DNA of 64,000 nucleotides from Myxococcales bacterium (GTDB lineage Bacteria; Myxococcota_A; UBA9042; JABWCM01; BTVJ01), in the NCBI GenBank assembly GCA_045863395.1, contig BTVJ01000016.1:50963-114962 (forward strand). The letters run 5' to 3'. Below the pieces are notes generated by a model, which had not been told where the DNA came from, did not search any database, and was given only the letters and a program-made list of their open reading frames with translations. The translations under genes were made by a program, and so were the position numbers. Positions 43,506 through 51,956 of this stretch are shown here, one piece after another; position 1 is the first letter of the stretch, and each line of letters starts with the position of its first letter.

Positions 43506-46500
43506 CTACTGGCAGATCCCGCCACCCGCGGTCTCGATCTCGGCGTGGATGGTCCAGTAGCCCGCGCCATACTGGCTGGACGAGACCCAGGAGTAGGACG
43601 TGAGGCACCCAGCCCCCGGCCAGTAGGCGCCGCACGCCTTCAAGATGGACGTGCCGAATCCAGTCGCTGTGTGATACGCCGCCAGACCCAGATAGGCAGC
43701 GCACCGGACCCCGACTCGCAGGGCCTTGCCATCGGGGATCACCACCCCCGCGCCGCCGTTCACCACCAGCTCCTGGAAGGCGACGGTGCCCTGAGCGACG
43801 TTGCCGGTCCAGAGCGCCGCCGCGTTCTCGGTCGCGGTCCCCACCGCATACACGTAGGCCTGCACCCCCGGCTTGGTGGCGTCCATCTTCACGTAGATCT
43901 TCTTGACCGTCACAGGTCCCACCACCTTCGGGAAGACGATGGCGACCTCCTCCTGCTCCGCGAGCTGGTTGAAGGACGACTGGCTCCCGCTCGGGTTGTA
44001 CCCGTACCACGTCGTCGCACCCACGTCCTGCACCTCGACGCTGGCCGTCGCCGCCGCGCTCTCCAGCTCCCCGTCCGTCGCCTTGGCGAAGCACGACCAG
44101 ACCTCGCACGCCGCCGTCGCCGACGCCGGCACCGTGGCCCCCGTCTGGGCCGTCGGGACGCCGTCTTTCTGCCACGAGTAGACGTAGGAGACCGGGTCGC
44201 CCTCCGGGTCCACGCCCGGTGACTTGATGGAGCAGGTCAGGGAGTCCGACACCGTGGGAATCAACGGCTTGATCTCCACCACCGGGGGCGTCGGTGCGCT
44301 GTTCGCCGGATTGCACACCCCGACCCCGTGGCTCGCCCCCACGATGACGCCGTCGTTGGCCTTGCCGCTGGCGTCATAGGCGATGGTCGCCTTGTCCGCC
44401 TCGAAGCGGAAGTAGGCGAGGGTCGAGAGATCGGGGCTGAACGAGACTTTGGGTGCAAAAGACGCCGCGTAGCGCGCGGTGGAGGAGACCCGCACCTCGT
44501 CGAGCGTCCCCGCAAAGGGGCTCGTCTGGGCCCCGTCATTGCCCAGCACGAGAGAGCCGCCTCCCTCGAAGGCTACGCCGACGGTCATGACCTCGTCGGG
44601 CTGCTTCTGGCCCCCGACGAACAGCCGAAGGTTGCCGCCATCGTAGGTCATGGCGACGTGCGTGTAGAGACCGGCGGGGAGCCCGTCCGTGGCGGTCACG
44701 GTCCATGAATTTGCGCCGTCTCCAATGGCAGCGACCGGAGCCCCGCCGACCAGCGACAAGCGGAAGCCCTTGCCGCCCACCATGCGCTCGGCGATGACCC
44801 CGGAGTCGCCAGTCCGGCGCACCCACGTCTCCACGGTCATTGCCCCCCCCGGGAACACCAACGTCGGCGCTGCCGCCACGAGCACCTGGTGCGTCGCTCC
44901 TCCAAAGACCACGCCGGTCCCCGACAACAGAGACACGGTGTCCGTCCCGGGCTCGCTCTGCCCGCCGTCTCCGTCGCTCGCCACCGCCGAGCACGTCCAC
45001 TGGCCGCATTGGGTGGTCAGCGCCCCGTCCAGGGACGGGCCCGTCTGGCCGGCGACCAACGCGCCGTCCAGAAGCCACGCGAAGTCCACCGAGACCGGGT
45101 CGCCGTCGGGGTCCTCCGCGCCCCCGACCACCATGCAGGTCAGGCTCTGCCCGGCGTCCGGCGCCTGCGGGCTGATCTGCACGACGGGAGCGCTCGGCGC
45201 CGCGTTGCCGATGGCGACCTCCTGCGAGGTCTTGGGGGACCCGGTCGCAGCCCCGTCGCCAGGAGTGATGCGGCAGAAGACCTTCTCCCCTTTGCTGACC
45301 GTGCCCGCCGCCAATATGGGCGACGCCTGCCCCGCCAGCACCACGGCATTGACGAACCACTCGTAGGTCAAGACCGGCTCGTCCCCGTCCGGGTCCGAGA
45401 AGCCCACCGCCGTGCAGGTGAGCGCGTCCGCCACGCCGGGCGCCGTCGGGGCGATTACCGCCGCCGCCAGGGTGGGCGGATTGTTCACGATCTTGGCCTG
45501 GTTGCTGGTCACGGGCTCGCCGTAGGCCTCGCCGTCGAAGGGGGTCACCACGCACACGAAGGACGTCCCGAGCGGGACGGCCGCCCCGGACACCTTGGCC
45601 CCGCTCAGGCCCAGCGGCTGCCCGTCGGCGGTCTTCCAGGCATAGGAGTAGTAGACCGGGTCGGAGGCGTCCGCGTCGCTCAGGCCGCTCGGCTCGCAGG
45701 TGAACTGCGTGGTCTTGCCACCGGACGCAGGCGACAGGATGGCCGCCCCCAGCGATGGAGGCTGGTTCTGGATGGTCACCTGGTCGCTGGCGACGGACCC
45801 ACCCTGGTCCCACCCGTCGAAGGGCGTCGCCGTACACAGGAGCACGTCACCCTTGTCGAAGTGGGAGCCGTCCAGGGTCGACCCCGTCGCCCCAGCCAGC
45901 GGCACACCGTTCTTCGTCCACGCCCACGTGTAGCCCTCCTGGTCGCCGTCCCCGTCCGACCACCCCGACGGCGCGCACGTCAGCACCGTGTCTCCGAAGG
46001 CCGGGCTTGGTCCCAACGCCACCCCGGAGATCGACGGCTTGAGGTTCTGGATCACGACCGCGTTGGAGGTGACCGACGCCCCCGCCTCCTGCCCGTCGTG
46101 GGGCGTCGCGCGGCAGCTCACGCTGTCCCCGGGCGCCAGGGACGATGGGACGAACGTCACCCCGACCGCGCCGCCGATGGGCGCCCCGTTCGACAGCCAC
46201 TGAATCGCGGTGCCGGGGGTCGTGGTGTCCATCGGGTCCAGCGTGCCCCAGGCGGCCGGCGCGTCCGCCGGGTCCGGGTCCGCGAAGCCCGTGACCACGC
46301 AGGCCAGCTCCGTCCCGCGGCTCGCCGTCTTGGGCTGGAGCTCCACCCCCGCCAGAGAGGGCGCCGTGTTGACGACGGAGACCGCGTTCTTGCTGGTCAC
46401 CGTGACGCCCGCATCCTCTCCGTCGTGGGGGGTGGCCGTGCACTGCACGAGCTGGCCCTTGTCGAAGTTGGCCCCTCCGAGAGTCGCCGTCTGGACCGGG

Positions 46501-47927
46501 CTGCCCCCCACCACCACGGGCTCGCCGTCGACGATCCAGCCCCACACGATGCCCACCGTGTCGCCGTCCTCGTCCACGGGGGCAGCGGCCTCGCAGGTGA
46601 GCTCGTCTCCTTCCTTCGCGGATCCCCCTACTCCCCCCTTCACCACCACCGACGCCACCACCGGCAGCGCGTTGTCCAGCAGCACGGCGTTGGAGTCCAT
46701 CGGCGCGCCGTTGCCCTGCCCGTCCGAGGGACGTACCCGGCACTTGAGCGCCTGGCCCTTGTGGGCCCCCACCGAGACCGGCACCAGCGTCCCCGCCGCG
46801 GTCCCCACCAGCTCCTGACCATCGAGGACCCACGCCACCTGGGCGGTGACCGGGTCGCCGTCCGCGTCGGCGAGGCCCTCCCAGGCGCAGGCGAAGGCCG
46901 TCGTGGAGGTCCCGCTGCCCGGCGTCAGGGTCACCGCTCCCACCACGGGTGCGCTGTTCAGGATGGGAACCGGCGCCGACTCCACCGCGGCGCCCTCGTC
47001 GATGCCGTCGGTCGGGGTCACGCGGCACACCACGGTCGCGCCTTTCGTGAGGGCATCTCCGCTCAACGTCGGCCCCTCCCCCGCCTTCTCGCCGTTCACG
47101 AACCACTCGAACCGCAGATCCACCGGGTCCCCATCTGCGTCCTTCGCGCCCGACGCGCTGCAGGTCAGCACGCTGTCCGTGGTGCCGCTCGACGGGAGCA
47201 CGAGCGCTCCACCGACGCCCGGCGCCGAGTTGGCGATGGTGACGGACGCCGTCGCCGCGCCACCCGGGTGCCAGCCGTCCGACGCCACCACCTTGACCTC
47301 CCAGACCTGCCCCCGGGACGTGAGGGTGTGGCTCGCCGTCTTGGTGACGGCTTCGGGCACCACCACTCCATCGCGAGACCACACATAGGAGTAGCCGAGC
47401 ATGTCCGTCACGTCCGCGTCCGTCGCGGGCTCCGTGATCAGCACCACCAGGTCGTCGGCGGTGGTGGGGGTCCCGGGATCGATCACCACCGTCGCGGTGG
47501 TGGGCACGGTGTTCACGCGCACCTTCACGGTGGCAGAGGCAGACTTGCCGCCGCGCATGGCCTTCAGGGTCAGATCGTGGAGCCCCGCCCGCAGCCCGTC
47601 TGCGCTCGCCGTCACGGATCCATTCGCCTGCGGGTGCCCCTGCCAGACGACGCCGTCCAGACTCGATGACCAGCTCACGTCCACCGCTGGGAGGGCACCG
47701 TCGCCGCTGACGACCCCGGCGAGCGGGATCGGCTCGCCCACTTTGAAGACGACGCCATCCTCCGGAGACTGCACGACCACGGAGAGACTCGACCCCAGGG
47801 CATCACCGCCCCCTCCGTCCTGCGAGGTCCCGCTGTCTGCGGGCACTCCCCCAGAGTCCGCGGAACCTGCCCCAACGGCGCCATCGCTGCAAGCAGCCAG
47901 AAGGACGAGACAAAAGATCCAGCGCAT
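43506..47927 (-). CDS. Large surface lipoprotein: ~10 disulfide/Ca-binding Ig-like repeats, LamG (concanavalin-like) domain, C-terminal beta-sandwich
   Basis: Lipobox LAAC; repeats 'N..P....L.P......L.C....D.DGD....Y.W..NG....C..TP.DG'; LamG 'MTVETWV...HVAMTYDG...LFV.G...G.LDEVRVS...RY'. Confidence 0.8.
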   Translation of the reverse strand: MRWIFCLVLLAACSDGAVGAGSADSGGVPADSGTSQDGGGGDALGSSLSVVVQSPEDGVVFKVGEPIPLAGVVSGDGALPAVDVSWSSSLDGVVWQGHPQANGSVTASADGLRAGLHDLTLKAMRGGKSASATVKVRVNTVPTTATVVIDPGTPTTADDLVVLITEPATDADVTDMLGYSYVWSRDGVVVPEAVTKTASHTLTSRGQVWEVKVVASDGWHPGGAATASVTIANSAPGVGGALVLPSSGTTDSVLTCSASGAKDADGDPVDLRFEWFVNGEKAGEGPTLSGDALTKGATVVCRVTPTDGIDEGAAVESAPVPILNSAPVVGAVTLTPGSGTSTTAFACAWEGLADADGDPVTAQVAWVLDGQELVGTAAGTLVPVSVGAHKGQALKCRVRPSDGQGNGAPMDSNAVLLDNALPVVASVVVKGGVGGSAKEGDELTCEAAAPVDEDGDTVGIVWGWIVDGEPVVVGGSPVQTATLGGANFDKGQLVQCTATPHDGEDAGVTVTSKNAVSVVNTAPSLAGVELQPKTASRGTELACVVTGFADPDPADAPAAWGTLDPMDTTTPGTAIQWLSNGAPIGGAVGVTFVPSSLAPGDSVSCRATPHDGQEAGASVTSNAVVIQNLKPSISGVALGPSPAFGDTVLTCAPSGWSDGDGDQEGYTWAWTKNGVPLAGATGSTLDGSHFDKGDVLLCTATPFDGWDQGGSVASDQVTIQNQPPSLGAAILSPASGGKTTQFTCEPSGLSDADASDPVYYSYAWKTADGQPLGLSGAKVSGAAVPLGTSFVCVVTPFDGEAYGEPVTSNQAKIVNNPPTLAAAVIAPTAPGVADALTCTAVGFSDPDGDEPVLTYEWFVNAVVLAGQASPILAAGTVSKGEKVFCRITPGDGAATGSPKTSQEVAIGNAAPSAPVVQISPQAPDAGQSLTCMVVGGAEDPDGDPVSVDFAWLLDGALVAGQTGPSLDGALTTQCGQWTCSAVASDGDGGQSEPGTDTVSLLSGTGVVFGGATHQVLVAAAPTLVFPGGAMTVETWVRRTGDSGVIAERMVGGKGFRLSLVGGAPVAAIGDGANSWTVTATDGLPAGLYTHVAMTYDGGNLRLFVGGQKQPDEVMTVGVAFEGGGSLVLGNDGAQTSPFAGTLDEVRVSSTARYAASFAPKVSFSPDLSTLAYFRFEADKATIAYDASGKANDGVIVGASHGVGVCNPANSAPTPPVVEIKPLIPTVSDSLTCSIKSPGVDPEGDPVSYVYSWQKDGVPTAQTGATVPASATAACEVWSCFAKATDGELESAAATASVEVQDVGATTWYGYNPSGSQSSFNQLAEQEEVAIVFPKVVGPVTVKKIYVKMDATKPGVQAYVYAVGTATENAAALWTGNVAQGTVAFQELVVNGGAGVVIPDGKALRVGVRCAAYLGLAAYHTATGFGTSILKACGAYWPGAGCLTSYSWVSSSQYGAGYWTIHAEIETAGGGICQ

Positions 47928-47950
47928 GGGACTCTCCCGCTCGGAGGACA

Positions 47951-50656
47951 CTACCGCACCCAGATGGACGTCGCGCCGTTCACGGCGCCGTTCCATGGCT
48001 GCGTGGCCGACGGCTCCCAGTTGTAGTACTGCTGGTCCACCCACCAGTGGTGGCTCACGTTCGGCCAGCTATTGCAGCTCGACTCGGTGGTGAAGAGACC
48101 GTAGGCGAAGTAACTGTAGGTGCCGCCGAGCGACTTGCTCCACACTCCGGCGGTGGCCGGGGCCGCCGCCTGGTTGCAGTTCGTCGCTGAGACTCCGGCG
48201 CCGCTGTAGGCCGTGTTCCCCACGCACATGTACGTGGATCCGTTTGGCTTGAGCCGCCGCGCCTGCACCGCCACGCAGGTCCCGTTGTTCTGGGAGGGCA
48301 CGAGGTCGACGTTCGCCGGCGACGGGATCTTGAAGGCTACCGTGTCCGTGGTCTCGGCCATGGAGCCGGAGTGCCCACCCTCACGACGGAAGGCGAGCGC
48401 CATGTCCGTGGACATCCGGGTGAGCGCCACCGCCCCCTTCGAGGCCTTCCCGCCCCGATTGAGCGGGTCGAAGGTGCCCACCTCGATGTCCATGCGCGGA
48501 AACCCGTTCATGTTGTGCCCGGCGTAGGCCACGAGCGTCCAACCACCCCCGTCCGTCGTCATGTCGCAGTAGGTCTTCCAGGCGTTTGACGTGCTGCCGC
48601 CGTCCGGGTCCACCCAGTACACGCCGTCCCCCTGGGACTGACCCGCGTCGAGGATCGCCTTGCAGCTCACCCCGGCGCCGGCCTGCGTGTTCTTGATCAC
48701 CACTGGGGTGGGATCCCCCCGGAACCAGATCATGGCCGTCCCGTTGACCGTGCCCGCCCAATACTGGGTCGCAGACGGCTCCCAGTTGTAGTACCCGGCG
48801 TCCACCCACCAGTGGTGGCTGACGTTGGGCCAGCTGTTGCAGCTCGACTCCGTTGCGAAGATGCCGTAGGCGAAGTAGCTGTAGGTGCCGCCGAGCGACT
48901 TCGACCAAAGCCCAGCCGTAGACTCGTAGTTGTTGGCGCTGCAGTTCTTGGTGCTCAGCGCCTGCGTGGTGTTGGCCGAGTTTCCCACGCACATGTGCGT
49001 CGACCCGTTGGGCTTCAGGCGCCGCGCCTGCACGGCGACGCACTCGCCGTTGTTCTGCGTGGTCTTCAGATCCACGTTCGCAGGGTCCGGGATGCGCACC
49101 GCCACCGCGTCCGACGACTGGGACAGGCTCCCCGAGAAGTTGAGCTGCGCGTGGTAGGCCAGCGCCATCTCGGTCGACTGCTTGGCGATGGCTACCGCAG
49201 ACCGCGACGCCTTCCCGGTGCGGAAGTTGGCGCTGTAGACCCCCACGTCGATGTCCATGCGCGGGAAGCCCGCCGAGTTGTCCCCCGCGTAAGCCACGAG
49301 GGTCCAGCCGCCGCCGTCCGTCGTCATGTCGCAGAAGGCCTGGTAGGAGTCGGACGGGTTGCCGCCGTTCGGGTCGATCCAGTAGGTGCCGTCCCCGAGC
49401 GAGGCCCCTTGGAGGAGGATGTCCGTACACGTCAGGCCCGGGTTGAGCGGCCCCTGCCCGAGCGCTGGCGATGAGCCGCCGCCGATGGCCGCCGTCCACG
49501 CCGAGCCGTCGCAGACCTCCATCTGGGACTCCGAGCCGTTCCACCGGAGCGTCCCCGCCCTGGCGCTCGTGCAGCTCCCGGAGTCGACGCCCACCTGGAC
49601 ACCCCCGCTCACCGTCAGGCCCGCGGGCGCTCCCGTGCTCCCCACGGTCACCGCGCCGCTCAGGGCCGACGTCCCGCCCACGGCCAGGCTGCCGCTGACA
49701 CCCAGGTTGCCCCCCGTCACGGTCAGGTCGCCGTAGACCGTGCCGCTCCCGAAGGCGAGCTGCCGCCACGCCCCGTCCGCCGTGTCCCGGATGCGTAGAC
49801 CGGTGGTCGCGCGCAGCGTCAGCCAGCCGTCCTTCTTGTCCGTGAGCTTCACCGTGCCCACGTCCACGCCGCACCCGGCCTGCCCCCCCGTGCAGGCACC
49901 GAGGTTGCCCTCCACCGTCACGTTCCCGGTCAGCGCCAGGGAGCCCGCCAGGTGCCCGCTCGCGACGCACCCCGTGCAGCTCAAGCCCGTCGCCGGGCCG
50001 CCCTTGCTGCCGGATCCCGCGTAGTTGAAGGCCACGTCCCCGGTCCCCACCGCCCCGTCCTGGATGTGCGCCGACCCGACCGCTCCCGTCGCCAGATCCG
50101 ACGCCTCCACGCAGCCCGGGCAGTCCACGTCGCTCGCGGCCCCGCCCTTCGTCGCGCTCCCGGCATAGGTGAAGGAGACGTGCGACGGCCCGACGGCCCC
50201 CGTCCCCAGCGCCGCCGAGGTCACCGCGCCGGCCGCGAGGTCCGAGGCCCCGACGCACCCGACGCACAGCAGGTCCGCTGCCACACCGGCCCGCTCGGCG
50301 CTCAGGGCATAGGGGGCGCTGAGCAGCCGCTGCCGCGGAAGCGGCGTCTCACCGATGACGGCGCTCTGGAGCCAGACTGCCCCGTAGGTGTCGAAGAGCC
50401 CCGCCGGGAGGGCGTCCAGGACAACGTCAAAGGTGCCCCCCGCCAAGGCCGTCCCCAGGAAGTTCTGCCCGTGGAGCTCGTTGCCCCCAGTCTGGGTGTC
50501 CCAGAGGGTCACCCGCAGGTCCACAGGGCCCGACGCCGGGCCCCCGCTCTGTGTCAGGAGAACCCCCTGGACCCGCATGGAAGGCGGGGCTGCGAGGGCC
50601 GTGGACGAGGCAAGCACAGCGATGAACGCCAGACGCACGAGGATTGTGGGACGCAC
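47951..50656 (-). CDS. Secreted fibre-like adhesin with two tandem fibrinogen-C-like domains
   Basis: Signal peptide; N-terminal 'QG.L....G.P..G...LWD..TGG...G.FDVVL...LPRQRL.SAPYA'; 'GAVT/GAVG..HI' and CxGC repeats; two 'C..IL..G.S.GDG.YW.DP.GG......CDMTTDGGGWTLV' domains. GTG start with GGAGG RBS. Confidence 0.8.
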   Translation of the reverse strand: MRPTILVRLAFIAVLASSTALAAPPSMRVQGVLLTQSGGPASGPVDLRVTLWDTQTGGNELHGQNFLGTALAGGTFDVVLDALPAGLFDTYGAVWLQSAVIGETPLPRQRLLSAPYALSAERAGVAADLLCVGCVGASDLAAGAVTSAALGTGAVGPSHVSFTYAGSATKGGAASDVDCPGCVEASDLATGAVGSAHIQDGAVGTGDVAFNYAGSGSKGGPATGLSCTGCVASGHLAGSLALTGNVTVEGNLGACTGGQAGCGVDVGTVKLTDKKDGWLTLRATTGLRIRDTADGAWRQLAFGSGTVYGDLTVTGGNLGVSGSLAVGGTSALSGAVTVGSTGAPAGLTVSGGVQVGVDSGSCTSARAGTLRWNGSESQMEVCDGSAWTAAIGGGSSPALGQGPLNPGLTCTDILLQGASLGDGTYWIDPNGGNPSDSYQAFCDMTTDGGGWTLVAYAGDNSAGFPRMDIDVGVYSANFRTGKASRSAVAIAKQSTEMALAYHAQLNFSGSLSQSSDAVAVRIPDPANVDLKTTQNNGECVAVQARRLKPNGSTHMCVGNSANTTQALSTKNCSANNYESTAGLWSKSLGGTYSYFAYGIFATESSCNSWPNVSHHWWVDAGYYNWEPSATQYWAGTVNGTAMIWFRGDPTPVVIKNTQAGAGVSCKAILDAGQSQGDGVYWVDPDGGSTSNAWKTYCDMTTDGGGWTLVAYAGHNMNGFPRMDIEVGTFDPLNRGGKASKGAVALTRMSTDMALAFRREGGHSGSMAETTDTVAFKIPSPANVDLVPSQNNGTCVAVQARRLKPNGSTYMCVGNTAYSGAGVSATNCNQAAAPATAGVWSKSLGGTYSYFAYGLFTTESSCNSWPNVSHHWWVDQQYYNWEPSATQPWNGAVNGATSIWVR

Positions 50657-50719
50657 GGCAGGTCCTCCAGACGCGAGAGAGCGGTGAACCTTCCCATGGT
50701 AGCCGAGGCCGCTGCGGAT

Positions 50720-51952
50720 TCAACCGGAATGACGCGAGAGCGAGCGTTGGCGCCGCCAGACACCGAGCAGGAGCAGCCCCCCGAGCCACCACGTCCCGCC
50801 GCCAGCGGCGGGGGAGCACCCGGAATCCCCCGCAGCAGGTTCCGGCAGGACGTCCACGCCGCCGGGTGCGACATCGGCGGCCGCCACGGCATCCACGCCA
50901 GCGTCCGGCGCCCCCAAATCGACGGACACCGACCCGTCCACCGGCATCGCCACGTCCAGCGCGCCCACCACCTCCTCGACGACCGGGGCGTCCTCCGTGC
51001 TCCCCGCGTCCCCTGCCCACACGTCCTCCCGGGGCGACAGCTCCGGGTCCGGGTCCGGCAGCGGCCCCCCTTGCAGACAGACGTCCAGGCCTGCCGCGGG
51101 GAACGGGGTGCAGACCCACCCCGGCGGGCACGGCACCTCCTCGGAGCAGATCGGGGCGCAGTAGCCCTTGGACAGATCCGCGGCCTCGAAGGCGCAGACC
51201 GTGCTGCACTCGAAGAACGAGATGAGACACATCTCCGCACAGTTCAGGTGGGTCTTGCTGCACGGCGCCCCGATGGGGTCCCGCAGCTCCTCGCAGTAGG
51301 TCAGCCCGTCCGTAGTGGTGCAGGCGTAGCCGGCGCCGCAGTCCCACGCGTTCTTGCACTCCGCCTCCCCGGACGGGTAGAGCGAGCAGATCGCCAGCTT
51401 GTCGTCGCCGGCCAGCGTGATCTGGGCCGCGTTGGGCAGCATGGCCTGGTACATGGTCGCGTGGACCTCGGGGCTGTGCGCCAGGCCAAGCCAGTGACCG
51501 AGCTCATGGGCGATGACCGACGACGGGTCCACTACGTCCGAAATCGAGGCGTCCGCTCCGCCCACCGTCCACTCGAAGTCGACGGCGTTGAGCGCGAGGT
51601 CCACCTCCATGGGGGCCCCCTCCTCCGTGGGGATCCACACCGTCGCCCCGGCGGCCTGGGCCCCGAACGGCCACACGTCCTTGACCCAGTAGATGGTGTT
51701 CTGCCCATCCGCCGCCAGGATGGCGTCCGTGTCCCCCATGCGCTCGAAGGACACGCCGGCGCAGCCGACGGAGGACCAGGCCTCCGTCGCCTTCTGGACG
51801 ACGTCGTAGGCGGTCGACCCGTCGCCGAAGTCCGGCGCGCTCGCGACGTTGACGTAATACGGGACCGGCATCTGGGGCCAGTGCTTGCCGTTGACCTCGA
51901 AGGCGTGCGCCTCCGCGGTGAGCAGCACCAGGGCCGCAGCGAGGAGCCGCAC
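50720..51952 (-). CDS. Matrixin-like (M10) zinc metalloprotease with Cys-rich region and MYXO-CTERM-like tail
   Basis: Signal peptide from GTG 51952; 'HELGHWLGLAHS' (HExxHxxGxxH), Met-turn 'ATMY', 'L..DD...C.LYP'; tail 'SGCS...WWLGGLLLLGVWRRQR'. Confidence 0.88.
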   Translation of the reverse strand: MRLLAAALVLLTAEAHAFEVNGKHWPQMPVPYYVNVASAPDFGDGSTAYDVVQKATEAWSSVGCAGVSFERMGDTDAILAADGQNTIYWVKDVWPFGAQAAGATVWIPTEEGAPMEVDLALNAVDFEWTVGGADASISDVVDPSSVIAHELGHWLGLAHSPEVHATMYQAMLPNAAQITLAGDDKLAICSLYPSGEAECKNAWDCGAGYACTTTDGLTYCEELRDPIGAPCSKTHLNCAEMCLISFFECSTVCAFEAADLSKGYCAPICSEEVPCPPGWVCTPFPAAGLDVCLQGGPLPDPDPELSPREDVWAGDAGSTEDAPVVEEVVGALDVAMPVDGSVSVDLGAPDAGVDAVAAADVAPGGVDVLPEPAAGDSGCSPAAGGGTWWLGGLLLLGVWRRQRSLSRHSG

Positions 51953-51956
51953 GGCC

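Noticed and set aside
47951..49440. Near-identical DNA repeats in the two fibrinogen-like domains as a diversity-generating retroelement TR/VR pair
   Set aside because: Both copies are in-frame coding domains. The differences I compared are largely synonymous third-position changes, not adenine-specific, and there is no reverse transcriptase in the window. This is ordinary domain duplication.
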